Shown here in pieces: positions 51,616 to 64,000 of a DNA stretch of 64,000 nt; position 1 is the first letter of the stretch, and each line of letters starts with the position of its first letter. A program made the position numbers and the translations under genes. The stretch is taken from positions 10,168,001 to 10,232,000 of the forward strand of contig JBHGNT010000017.1 of assembly GCA_043228905.1 (NCBI GenBank). The letters run 5' to 3'. This DNA comes from Azolla caroliniana (taxonomy: Eukaryota; Plantae; Polypodiophyta). The notes beneath the pieces were generated by a model. It was not told the origin of the DNA and made no database searches. It saw only the letters and a list, made by a program, of their open reading frames with translations.

Positions 51616-54600
51616 TGATGACAGTGATATATTATGTGAAAGAATATACAAGGATGGCTAACAGGCTTAAGACTGGTGTTGAACTGATTTGGTTCGAAAT
51701 AATGCCTTGTGCCTCCTTTTATAGTGTTCTCAGGATCACTCTTGAAGTTTCTAGAATGTTCCAAAGAAATCTAGAATATACATCAATTTTTTATAGTAAA
51801 ACGTAAATGAAAATATCTTTTGTAGTACAACATATAGTTTAATGGTCAAGAGCTCGACCCATGTAACATAAGGTCATGGGTCGAGTCTTGCCATATCATG
51901 ACACTATCTTCCCTTTAAAATGACCAGTGTCACGAGTTGTCTCGTTTTGGATTGAGGACCCGGTTTGTCTGGATATTGACGATGGAAGTCTTCAAGAAGA
52001 GCATGAGCATTGGTCATATTCTCTACTGGTTCCCAAGTACGCTTGCTGGGACTATATCCTAGCCCATCGACTAAATAGTAGAGCTTTTTGCGAACAATCT
52101 TGGAATCGAGGATGGCGGTACCCTCATACTCAGGTCCATCTTCAAGTTCGATTGGGTGTGGAGGTTGTTTAATACCACCTGGAATGGTGCTGCCTTGATA
52201 GGGTTTGAGGAGACAACTATGAAACACCAGATGTATCCGAAGTTGTGGAGGTAGATCGAGATGAAAGAGACATCATTAATTTTTTCGATAATACGGAAAG
52301 GACCTAATCTTTGATAATCCAACTTCTCGCATGGGTGAGTGGTCTTGATGTGTCGTCGTAGTAGACATACCCAATCTCCAATGTTAAAACTGGATGGAAG
52401 CCGATGATGATCCGTGTAAACCTTGTGTGTTTGTTGAGCTTGCTGTAGATGAGTAGATAAATCCTCTTGTATCTTGCGTAACCGCTCCAAACGATCCTCT
52501 GTGCAAGGAATTGTGGGTAACTCTAGGGTTTCAAATACACACCATCGAGGGTGACAGGCCGTATAAGCATAATATGGTGTAACCTTTGTCGGTGAGTGGA
52601 CAGAGTTATTATACGCAAATTCGGCGAAGTGGAGAATATCTGCCCAGTCATCTTGATGACAGCTTAGAAAGCACCTAAGATACTGCTCTAGCGTTTGATT
52701 TGTTTGTTCTGCTTGGCTGTCTATTTGTGGGTGGTAACCAGAGGAGAGGTTACAAGTGACCTTTAGCATATTAAAGAGGTGCCTCCGGAATTTCGAGTTG
52801 AATTGGAGTCCACGGTCGCTGATGATACTATCGGGAAGGCCATGATGTCGACATACTTCATGCATGACAGTTTCGACGGTTTCTTCACAGGAGATTTCCT
52901 TAGTACATGGCAGGAAATGGGCGATCTTCGTATATTGATCCACTAGTGTTAAGATCGCATCGAATCCCTTAGAGACTAGAAGATCTGTGATGAAATCTAG
53001 AGCAAGGGATTGCCATGGCTTGCTTGGAATTGGTAATGATTCTAACAAAATCTATGGATGATGCCTTGGCATTTTTCCTTTGCAACATGTATAACAAGTC
53101 CGAAAAAAACCTTCGGCCTATGGGGCCATCAGAATGATCGTTGTACTCAATCTAATGTTTCAGTACTACCAAAATGCCCAGCTGTATATGTGTCATGACA
53201 GTTTTGGACTACTCGAAGGTGAAAAGAACCATTAGGAACATACAAGAGTTTCTTAAAGAATAGTAATCCATCATGACATTCGAATTGTTGATAGTCCGCA
53301 CCTTGTTGTTGCAAATGAGAACAAGATGCTCGAGAGGGATCAATTTGTGCTAGAATAACTTGGGCGAAAGCATCTGTCTTCAAGTCCTCACTATGGTATC
53401 GATAATGTGGGAATCTAAGGGCATACCGAAGACCTGTGTTGCATACAGTCAGTACTTGGTTTTGGTTATCGAAAGCTGGCTCGCTAGGACACAGTGCTAG
53501 ATACGAGTGCCGTGATAATGCATTTGGCTTCCCTTGTTGCTTCCCCAGACAATATGTAATTTTGAAGTTGAAATGAGTGAGGAATTGGGCCCACTGAGCT
53601 TGACGTCAATTTAACACATGAGTATTTTGAAAGTAGGGAACATTTTTGTGATCACTGAATACGGTGCCTTGATAAGAAGTTTCCTCTAGAAAATGCCTCC
53701 ATTGCATAAAAGAGTCCACTATTGCTAATAACTCCTTATCATGAATTTCATAGTTGATTTCGGCGGCGTCAAACTTGCGTGAGTGGAAAGCCACAAGATG
53801 TAGCTTTTCATCATCATCTTGTTGTGATAGAATGCTACCCAAGGCAAAATCTGACGCGTCTACTTCAATGATAAATGGTTTTTTCGGATCAACATGAGCT
53901 AGAATAAGAGTTTATGTAAATACCTTCTCAAGACTCTCAAAAGCCATGCCTGCTTCTTCAAACCAAACGAACGATTGTCCGTTCCTGGAAAGCTATGTGA
54001 GAGGCAGAACAAGCTTTGAGTAATTCTATATAAACTTGCGGTAGAAATTGGCAAAGCCTAAAAAACATTGGACATCTTGCAACAAACATGAAGTCTGCCA
54101 GTCTAACACCGTTTTGACATTAGCTGAATCTTTGGAGATGCCTTCCGAGGAAATGACATAGCCCAAAAATTCTACCTGGTTGCACCCGAAACTACATTTT
54201 TCTAGCTTTGCATAAAGGCCATGTTTCGAAGTCATTTTGGTACTAACAGTACATGAGAATCATGCTCTTCTTGGGTCTTCGAATAAACTAGTATATCATC
54301 CAAATAGATGATCAAATAAACATCTAAGAGATCTCGGAATATATGATTTGCCATGTGCTAGAAGACTGTTGGCGCATTAGTGAGACCGAATGGCATGACC
54401 GTATACTCAAAGTGCCCATATCTTGTGCGAAATGCGATCTTCCATTCATCTACTAGTCGGACCTGTACAAGGTTATATGCTCCTCGTAAGTTGATCTTTG
54501 TGAAGAACCTTGCACCATTTATTTGTTCTAAAAGACTTCAGATAAGGGGAAGTGCATACCTATTCCTGACGGTGACCTTATTCAAGCCATGGTAATCTAC

Positions 54601-56738
54601 GACGAGATGAAGTGATCCATCCATCCTTTTTCTTGACGAGAAAATGGGTGCACCGGCTGGAGATTTCGAATGTCAAATGAAACCATTCGCCAAATTCTCC
54701 TCTATATAGGCTCGAAGGACTTCTAGCTCGGTTGGTGACAAATTGTAGATTAGTCCCCATGGTGGCTCTTTTCCCGGTTGTAAATCGATGGGGCAATCAT
54801 ATGGTCGATGGTGAGGAAGAATATTGGCTTGTACTTTATCGAAACACATCGGCATAATGATGATACTTATCTGGAAGTTGAATGGTGGACTCCTCTTTAA
54901 TGATATTGAAAGGTTTTAATGATACTGCAAAGAGAAAAATTTCCTCCTTGCGTCCTTCCTCACTCAACTAATGTAGCGAAATGGTTGCAATCTTATAAGT
55001 AGATCCTCGGGTTTGTCGATACCGAATTTCTCTTGTTCTCCAATCTATGTTTGGGTTATGTAATTCGAACCATAGTAATACCAAAACAATGGGATGTTCT
55101 AGGATACTAATTATATTAAATGATACTACACACGCTAAATTATCTAGGACAATATTAACGGGCTCTGACTCTTCTATGATATTTCTGAAAGAAATGCGAC
55201 AACCATCAATGACTACTATAGAGGTTGGACACAAGAGTTTTCTTAGGGATATCTGATGATCTTGGGCAAAATTCCTATCCATGAAGCAAGAATTAATTCT
55301 GGAATCTAGGAGTGTTGAGACATGTACTAGAGAGGTACTTTTAGCACTAACTGTTACTTGGGCTAAGACCACATTGCTAACTTGCTTAGAGCGAATGGAA
55401 CCATTAATAGGCTACACAAATCTAGTGTTGTCCAACCAAACGGCTCCTATTTTGGCTAACTCTTCTTCTAATTGACAAAGGACATCAAATTTGTTAGATA
55501 GATTTGGGCTATTCATACTATTAGGATTATCAGATATTCCTACTGAAATAGACTCGGGTTTAGTACAATTAGAACTAGCAACTATTTGGTTTACCTGTCT
55601 TCTTGGCCTATGGGGATAAACAGTTCACTGCAACCGTGGTCCACCACAATAAAGACATAGTCGATTTGCTCAGCGTCGTTGCTTTTCTTCTTCCGATAAT
55701 GGTCTACGACGACGTGTAGTGTCAATTTCCTTGGAGTTAGAGTATTCACTGGAGACGCATTATATGACTCCCTTGGAAAAGGTTTTGCTACCACTGAGGC
55801 GTAGGTGGGCTCTGATCTTGCCCTTGGCATCTGGAACTGACGTTCCGAATGTCGTTTGAAAAGAGAGTTTGTCGCATCTCACCGTGCAACTGATTGCTTC
55901 TGTCAATGACTTTGGTTCTTCGGGGAAGGTCAAGAGTAAATCCTTGACATCATTATGTAGACCATAACGAAATTGCTCCATAAGTGCTTGGTCATCCCAG
56001 GGGATATCGGAGGCGAGTAGGCGGATATCTGCAACGTATGCGGAGGCTGGACGATCACCTTGACGTAATCGTCGGATTTTGTTGATTGTTGTCCTTATGT
56101 TGTCATTATCTCCAAAACAGGCTTTAAACTCACTTAAAAACTCTTCAAAATGTTTTAGTAAAGGAGATTCCTTTTCTAACAACTGAGCGAACCATGCCAA
56201 AGCTGAGCTAGCTAACAACGTGCCTACTAAACCCACTCGTGATGCATCGGTGGAATATCAGGAAGGATGTATTTGAATGACTAATCATACCTGATTAAGG
56301 AATCCTCTAAACTGCGATCACGTTCCATCAAATTTCATGGGAACACCGATCTTGGGTTCTTTATGAATTCCTTGTGTACTAGGTCCTTGTTGTTGCTTCG
56401 AGTTGTTGCATGCGTAATGCTAGTTTCCCATGTTGCTGCGTCTGCTGCTTTTCTAAGGAGATTTGTTGAAGATCCCCGAACAACCATTGATTTTCTTGTT
56501 CCAAAGCAAGGAACTTCTCTTTCAAGCATTGTAGCTCTGAGAAAAGGGATTGATATTCTTGAGCGCTAACAGTGGCCAAAGGATGAGAGGAAAGAGGAAT
56601 AAGATATTAGTATGAAGGAAGGGAAACGTAAGAAGATAAAAGGAAGAGGAGGAAAGAGGTGAAAATTTAGTTCAAACTATCAGGAATAGGATTGAGACAG
56701 AGAGGAAATTAGTACTAAGAGGAAAAGAGGATGTAGAA

Positions 56739-56773
<35 letters not shown>

Positions 56774-57065
56774 TGATGACAACGATATATTATGTTAAAG
56801 AATATACAAGGATGGCTAGGAGGCTTAAGACTGGCGTTGAACCGATTGGGTTCGAAATAATGTCTTGTGTCTCCTTTTATAGTGTTCTCACGAGTACTCC
56901 TCAAGTTTCTAGAATGTTCTAGAGAAATTTGGAATATACATCAATTTTCTATAGTAAAACTTAAATGAAAATTATATCTTTCATACTATAACATATAATC
57001 TAATGGTCAAGAGCTCGAACCATGTAACATAAGGTCATGGGTTCGAGTCTTGCCATATCATGATA
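51530..57065 (-). mobile_element. Tcn1-like chromovirus (Ty3/gypsy), full length but decayed
   Basis: LTRs 56678-57065 and 51530-51903; PPT after 51903; gag, PR, RT (YLDD), RH, IN; chromodomain PEYEGTAILDSK..YYLV..GYSPSKRTWEP (ORF 51904-52227). Confidence 0.95.
56993..57058 (+). ncRNA. tRNA-like A/B-box module at the chromovirus LTR 5' end (copy at 51832-51896)
   Basis: TAATCTAATGGTCAAGAGC...AAGGTCATGGGTTCGAGTCT. Confidence 0.6.
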
Positions 57066-58159
57066 CCCGACATCATTCGTGTTGAGGATGAACATCCTCC
57101 CTTCCCGTCACCCTTGTGCGATGATTTTTCCTTCTGTTTCATTGATGTGGCCAAGGTGGGTGAACTGAACCTCCTGCATTCCTTGGTCGACAACCTATCC
57201 GGCCGACACCAAATTCTTGGTGATTGTCAGAATATGCAGGACGCTCATTAGTCTCCCTTTTTGGCTTATATGTCTCAAGGGGATGTCACCAACATGCTCG
57301 ATGGCCTATTTACTAGAATAGATCTAATCGGCATGTTTGACATTCTGGATCGGCTTCCACAGCCGCTCCGTCATCCAGATCCGGTATCCAACTTCTTCAG
57401 CTGAACCAACATCCGGTCCGGAAATTGAGCCAAGCCAACCAAATCAATTCTAGTCTAACCTATCGGCTTGTCCAGCCGGTCCGGCCGATGTTGAGATTGC
57501 TCGCTCAACACAATCTTTATTGAGTCACAAGGAACACATGAATAAGTATCATGTCCAATCGGCTACAACTAATTAAGGGCACGCAACTACACTTTACTAC
57601 AAGATCAACAGTTTAAAACACAAATAGACCACACAAGGTTTCCCCACAAGAACAAATAATATATTATGGTTACAACTCCATTACAAGTACCAATCGATTG
57701 TCAATATAGTTCTCTATTCTCTCAGAAAAGTGCTCAACCCGCTTGTACAATTACTCTTCTAAATCTACCACCTCTCTCTCTTTCTCATTCACACAACACT
57801 AATATAAGAATCTATGCTTCCTATTTCTTGGGAGCATGGTCATTTACCATCCTTTTCACTCATTGAATAATTGACGTTATAGTAACGCCCTATTGGCTTT
57901 TCCTTTGCTTCGCTTCCTATCTCTTTTCACACCTTCGGTCGTCCTGCCCGGCCAACAGTCACTTCTAGCTGCAAGTTCTTAGCCCATCGCTCATAGCCCC
58001 ATCATCCATGCTCCGAACGAGTGTACGGTTAGTGTGTCTGTCACAATTTGAATCCCTTGAAAGGGACCACGGAAGTTACAAGTATAAACTGAAGTACATG
58101 TATTAGAATATTCTAGAACCCTCTAGAAATTTCTAATTCTTGAACTTTTAGAGGTACTT

Positions 58160-59405
58160 TGTCGTGAAGATCCATCACTATGCGCGGATCGTGAGGCGGA
58201 ACTGCCTGGGTTCTGGACCGGAAGGATTCAAAGTCGGTACAAGCTTTGGCGCAAGCTTTGGCGAGAAAGTACTTAAGATAGATTGGGAAAGAGAGAAGTT
58301 GAGATTAAACGATTGAGAGAGATTGATTAAACTTTTATCTTTGGATTTAAGAAACAAGTTACACGATCAATTTGATAACGAATTTCTTCTTCTTAATTTC
58401 ATCACCAAAAAAAAAACGCATTTTTTCTCCTCCCCCTTTCTTCTTTTATAGATGCTCTCATGCATATGATGCATGTGAGGGTACAAGACATGCATAAAAT
58501 GGATGCTTGCCATTTGGCGCTTATGTATTACATGTGGTGCATGATAACCATGTCACTCATTTTAGCTCTCATGTATGAGAATTTACACGTAAAAGTACAA
58601 TGATAGAAAGATAAATTTAACTAAATGGCATGGCTTAATGGTAAGCCAATTGAGTCTTAACTCGGAGGTGCAAGGTTCGAATCCTTACTTGCCCTCCTTG
58701 TATATGTATATATATTTATATATTTATTTATCTAGTCACCGGACGCCGGTTCATCGGTTACCGGATCCCGTCGGTTACCGTTGCCTCGCTGGATGCCGTC
58801 GTCTCCCTGGCACCGGATGCCCTCACCGGATGCCGCCGCCTCGCCGTCGCCGGATACCGGTGCTGCCGCCAGATGTCGTCAGTCACCGGTGCCTCGCCGG
58901 ATGCCGTCGTCTCACCGGCGCCGGATTGCCCCTAGATGCCGTCACCGGATGCCGTCGCCGGATTGCCGCCGGATGCCGGTGTCTCACTGGCGCCGGATCA
59001 CCGGCTCCATCGCCGGTCCGGTTTTGGTTGGCCAAAACCCTTTACGAGTAGCTAGCCCACCTCCACTCTTAGTTCAAGTTACCTTGAACTCTCTATGCTC
59101 CACACATAGACACAAACATAGTATCTTTGGCTCTACCTTATATATGATGAGAGCCGTATTTGTCGTGCCTATGTGAGATATCTCACAATTTTCTCTTTTC
59201 CTTTCATAAACTTTATACCCTCATATCTTGACATTTAGTTGTCCGTTTCTCGTGTAATAAAGTGCATTCGAAACCTCCATCATTTTGTACTTAGATATTA
59301 AATTTATTTAAAATGTTATCTTCACAATTATTGTATTATGTGATTCATACTCGATTTTGTACGTTTTATGGGATTTTCACACTATTGCCGAAAATCTTCA
59401 CGACA
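58160..59405 (-). mobile_element. Solo LTR of the TGTCGTG type, 1246 bp, with a CCGG-rich array at 58736-59022
   Basis: 12-bp perfect inverted termini TGTCGTGAAGAT/ATCTTCACGACA; TSD ACTT/ACGT; minus-strand start resembles the LTR at 2698. Confidence 0.88.
58627..58693 (+). ncRNA. tRNA-like (cloverleaf-like) Pol III module within an LTR
   Basis: A-box TGGCTTAATGG; D-like hairpin GGCTTA/TAAGCC; B-box GGTTCGAATCC in a T-arm stem; GGCA/TGCC closure. Confidence 0.65.
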
Positions 59406-59499
59406 ACGTGACTAGAGAGTATTTCTAAATCAAGTACATTATATAAAAATACATGCTAAAATAAAAATGGTTGAGCATGACATCTTGTTGATGTGACAT

Positions 59500-59862
59500 T
59501 GCAGGTTCAATCCTCACCAACCAAGTATTTTATGTCATTGTATCGTGACACTAGAGTAGCGCCTCGGCCCAAAAACCATCTGATAGTTCGCCATGTTGCA
59601 TCATGGCAACAATTCGTTCCTCAATTGTCCGATTCATTCGTTCTGCAACGCAATTTTGCTCCAGACTACATGGTGTCGTAAGCTCTCAACAGATGTTGTG
59701 TTGTCAGTAGAAATTGACAAACTCGTCAGATTTAATTCTCCACCATTGTTCGATCATAGGCATTTGGGATTTCGGCCGGATTGGTTTTCAGCCATTACAA
59801 GCCATTCCAAGAAGATACTCAACACTCGATCTTTAGTTCTGATAGGATACGCCCACACCTTC
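59500..59862 (-). pseudogene. copia integrase fragment
   Basis: KVWAYPIRTKDRV, NNGGE, RMNRTIEER..FWAEA. Confidence 0.75.
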
Positions 59863-62185
59863 TCTTGGGATTTCGGTCCCTCTAGATGGGATTTGAATGA
59901 GAAGCGGAGGAGTCAGATCAGAGCCGAAGGAAGGAATCGAACCAGATGGATCCGAAAGATATCCGAAAACCAAATCAGATGGATCCGGTTGGTATCCGGC
60001 CAGACATATTATTATATGTATATGTTCTGATGTGATTGTTGAGGTCACATTTTTAAATAACCCTAAAGTTATATGAGTATAAATATAACTAGGGCAATAT
60101 TGTTATGTGTGTTGTTATCATTATTGTTGTAAAGAGTGATAGAGAGAAAACTAGAAAGCATTGTCTATTGTAACCGCCGGTCGGCAAAGATAGAGCAAGA
60201 GGTCGTTGCCTCTGTGTCTCCCATTGTATCCTTCCTCTCTCATAATGATAGTTGGAGTCTCTGGGTTCCCGTGGTTTTTTACTGATTAGGGTTTTCCACA
60301 TTAACATCTGGTGTTGTCTCTTCTATCTTATGAAGTGCGTTGCTATTTTCTATTTTATTTCTTCCATCATGCATTAGAAACTTGCTTGTGGCCGAGCACT
60401 ATTCCACACAACTTGGTATCAGATCATGGAAGATCCATTTGGTGGCATGTTCAAGCTCACTGGCTCCAACTACCCAGTATGGAAGACGAAGATGAGGGTC
60501 ATGTTGGTGGTTAAAGTTCTCTGGTTGCCGGTATAGTTTGGAGAGAAAAGACCAGATAAAGTTGATGCCGCAACCTGGGAGGTGATGCATATGAAGACGA
60601 CGGCATACATAAGATGCTTCATCTACATGAGCTTGTATAAAAACTTCAACAAAGAAAGTAAGGCTCATGTGCTCTAGGAGAAAATCAGAACCATGGTCGA
60701 GAGTAAGAATGTTGTGAATCGGATCTCAGTATTTCGAAAGTTAGTGAGAGTCCGACACCAAGACGGATCCAGTATGGCGGAGCACATGAATGCGTTCTAG
60801 GGGCTGACAAACCAAACAACCTCGTTGGAAGTACCTCTAGCTGACAAGGTACTCGTGTTGTTGTTTCTTGGTTCCTTTCCGGATAGTTAGGAGACGTTAG
60901 CTGTCACTTTGGGCAACGCTGGGCCGAAAGGGAAACACCTATCCCTAGCAAGAGTAAAGTTGAGCTTGCTAGATGAAGAAGCTCGCCAGAAGGACCGGGA
61001 GTCTGGAACCTATCCAAAGGCCTATGGAAGATGACAATAACTGAGGAAGGGGTCGGAATTGGAGTCCCTAGGACCGGGACAAACCGGGGATGAGGTTGAA
61101 GTAAATGGGGAGGCCCACTTGATTTTATTGGAGAAAGTCGGGGCACTTCCAGAAGAATTGTTGAGACTTCGAAAGGAGAAAGGAACCGGCAATGCCGACT
61201 CAAAGAAGGGTCTGGACTGGAGAAATTCGGATTGGAAAAGAACGTTGGCAATCATGACAAGCTATGAAGAACTAGTGCTCATTAATGAGGAGAGCGAGCC
61301 ACATCTTCTCAGCGACAAGATGACATGGGCGGTCGACTACGGAGCGTCGTTCCATCTGACCCCCGACCGGAAGTGCTTCGCATCCTACAGAGCTAAAGAT
61401 CACGACTATGTGAGGATGGGGAATAAAGGTGCATGCCGGATTGTCTGCATACGAGACGTGTGGTTGATAATGTTAACCGGGTTCAAGATGCTACTAAAAG
61501 AGGTCTAATACATTCTAGAGATTCGGTTTAACCTATTATTAGCCGGTAGGCTGGATGATGAAGACTACGCGGGTAGCAAACGAAACTGAGTCATGAAGTT
61601 CAGCAAGGGGATCCTGAACGTGGCATGAGCCTACAAGATCAACACCTTGTACCTGACAAGATGGAAAGAACCACTGGAGCTTGTGCATATTGATGTATGT
61701 CAAGTGTACACGAAGTCACATGCCGAATCGTAGTACTTCGTCACGTTCATAGATGACCATAGCCGGAAGCTGTGGGTCTCACCATTAAAGATGAATGATC
61801 ACGTACTGGCCATCTTCAAGGAGTTCCACGCGGGAGTGGAAAAGGAATCTGGCCAGAAGTTGAAGGCAGTTCGAACAGACAATGGTAGAGAATACCGGGG
61901 GCAGTTCGAGGAGTACTACAAGTCGAAGGGAATTCGACTCAAGTTCACCATGCCGAAGACACCGGAGCTGAATGGATTGGCTGAAAGGATGAACCAGGTT
62001 GTGATGGAGAGAGTCAGGAGTATGTTGGCACATGCCAAGCTGTCCAAGACGTTTCGGGTTGAGGCACTAATGACATTTACATATGTGATAAATAGATCAC
62101 CCTCAGTGCCCTTGGACGGAGACACACCACAGAGAGTATGGACTGGTAAGGACGTGTTTTACTGGCACTTGAAGGCGTTCGAGTG
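59863..62185 (+). mobile_element. Ty1/copia element K, 5' half (LTR 59863-60410, PBS 60414-60423, gag-PR-IN remnants)
   Basis: Homologous to B and C; ORF 61791-62207 is the integrase core. Confidence 0.9.
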
Positions 62186-62189
62186 CAAC

Positions 62190-64000
62190 ACAAGGATTAA
62201 GGTTTAGGTCAAAAACAGAGAGGGAGAGAGTCTGAGTGAGAGACAAACGGGTGGGGAGAGAGATGCATGTTGTCTTGGGTACAAAGAGTGAACTTTTTTT
62301 TTGTTTTTAGATATTATGTTTATACAAGTCAAAAGTGTGCTACGAGTGCGTTCACACTCGTGCAATAATAAAAGGCACGATGGCCCTTTATTCCCAACAA
62401 CTCCCACCTAAAGGCAATGTGCCGTGAGATGAAAAAAGAAAGAAAGTCAGCTAAGCCCAAGTATGTACAAAGCTGAACAACATATATCTATCCAACTCCC
62501 ATCATCTGTCAGCAATGAGCAAATCACTTAGCTGGAAGACCCTTCGTGAGAAGATCTGTAGGATTATTATTTGTATGTACTTTGACAAGCTCAATGTTCT
62601 TGTTGTCAAGTACATATCTGATGAAATGATACTTTACCTCTACGTGCTTCATCTTTGCATGAAAGACGAGATTCCGCTCTAGCATGATAGCACTATGGTT
62701 GTCACAATGAAGAATAGGTAACTCTATAATGCCAAGATCTCTCACTAGATATGAAAGCCATAAAGCCTCTTTGCATGCCTCAGTGGCACCAACATACTGA
62801 GCCTCTGTAGTAGACAATGCAACACACTTTTGTAGTCTGGAGATCCAAAAGACTGCTCCTCTTGTGAAAGTAAATACATACCTAGAAGTAGACTTCATGC
62901 AGTCTACGTGACCAGTATAATTTGCATCCATAAAACCAACGACAGATGCCTTTTGCTTTCCAAAGAAAATGCCCAAGTCCTTTGTGCCTTTGAGGTATCT
63001 CATATGACCTTTCACCTCTTCCCAATGCTTTTTGCCAGGATTTGCCATGTACCTACTAAGCACTCCCACTGCAAAGGCAATATAAGGGCGTGTAGCAACC
63101 ATCGCATATATCAAACTACCAACGACTGAAGCATATCGAAACTTAGCCATTTCAGCCTTCACATCATCAGATGTAGGGTTGTCTTCTGCACTGAACTTCA
63201 AATATGGAGGCAATGGAACCCCAATTGTTCCCCCCCCCTTCCATATCGAAATGTTGCAAAACCTTAGAGATATACTCCTGCTGAGATAGAAAGAGTACCC
63301 CTTTTGACCGGTTTCGGAGTATTCGCATGCCAAGGATGTGATTTGCATCACCAAGATCCTTCATATCAAAGCTGCCATGAAGGCGTTGGTTCAATGAATC
63401 CAAGGCATGAATATCCTTGCCAACAATCAACATATCATCAACATATAAAAGCAAGATAATCAGGTTGCCATTTCTTGCCTTCTTAGTGTACAAGCAATGG
63501 TTCTCTTGACTTCTACGAAAACCTTGACACTGCATAAATGCATCAAATTTATGATACCATTCTCTTTGTGCTTGTTTCAACCCGTAAAATCTCCTTTTGA
63601 GCTTACAAACCATCTTCTCTTTGCCTTTAGCCACAAAAACTTCAGGCTGCTGTATATATATGTCTTCATGCAGATCGCCATGTAAAAAGGTGGTCTCCAC
63701 ATCCATCTATATGAGCTCCATATCTTCAGCTGCAATTAAGCCCATATCTTGACTACAGGTGAGAAGATCTCATCAAAATCAACTCCATATTCTTGCTTGT
63801 ATCCTTTTGCAACCAATCTTGCTTTGTTTTTTGGCGAGGAATCAGAAATGACCTTCATTTTATAAACCCATTTGCATTGAAGTGTTTTTTACCCTTTAGG
63901 CAATTGCACCAAATTCCAATTGTCATTTTTCTCAAGAGATTCCATCTCTGACAACATGGCTTTATACCATTTCTTATTGTCTTGTCTGTTCATTGCTTCC
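62190..64000 (-). mobile_element. Ty1/copia element L, 3' part (RT-RH, PPT ~62400-62412, partial 3' LTR up to 62399)
   Basis: ORFs 63167-63706 (YVDDML) and 62524-63354 (RNase H). Confidence 0.9.

Larger units (their letters stand above)
50300..57510 (-). pseudogene. copia M remnant (IN 50300-51529; PR-IN junction and partial 5' LTR 57066-57510), split by the chromovirus
   Basis: Homology to the H integrase; LTR start TGTTGAGCGAG at 57510. Confidence 0.8.
58039..59498. repeat. Possible short LTR (TGTCACA...TGTGACA) hosting the 58160 solo LTR
   Basis: Only 7-bp inverted termini; no TSD or PBS. Confidence 0.3.

Noticed and set aside
58627-58693. tRNA-like modules as functional tRNA genes
   Set aside because: Acceptor stems are short or missing and anticodon loops are non-canonical; kept only as tRNA-derived modules.
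58638-59176. Pro/Arg/Cys-rich ORFs
   Set aside because: By-products of the GC-rich tandem array in a solo LTR.

Overview
This is plant heterochromatin made almost entirely of nested, mostly decayed LTR retrotransposons, and I found no host gene. The element families suggest a moss such as Physcomitrium (inference). Main components: (i) a non-chromovirus Ty3/gypsy family with TGTCGT...ACGACA LTRs, a tRNA-Trp PBS and 4-bp TSDs: two near full-length copies (16180-24315, 27257-33691), solo LTRs, older remnants and a pol-less gag-only relative at the window start; (ii) several Tnt1/Tork-like Ty1/copia copies with a tRNA-iMet PBS; (iii) a second copia group (tentatively Bryco-like); (iv) a Tcn1-like chromovirus (51530-57065); (v) Tat/Athila-like gypsy fragments and solo LTRs. 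Most interesting signals: the TGTCGT-type LTRs all inserted at a 4-bp target with a central CG; tRNA-like Pol III A/B-box modules sit in the LTRs of several lineages; a -1 frameshift slippery site plus pseudoknot follows the protease and shows covariation; U5 carries extra blocks complementary to the tRNA-Trp primer; there is a 226-bp foldback element with TG..CA ends and a 5-bp TSD; and telomere repeats seal an integrase deletion. All coordinates were read by eye and may be off by a few bases. Clade names are tentative.
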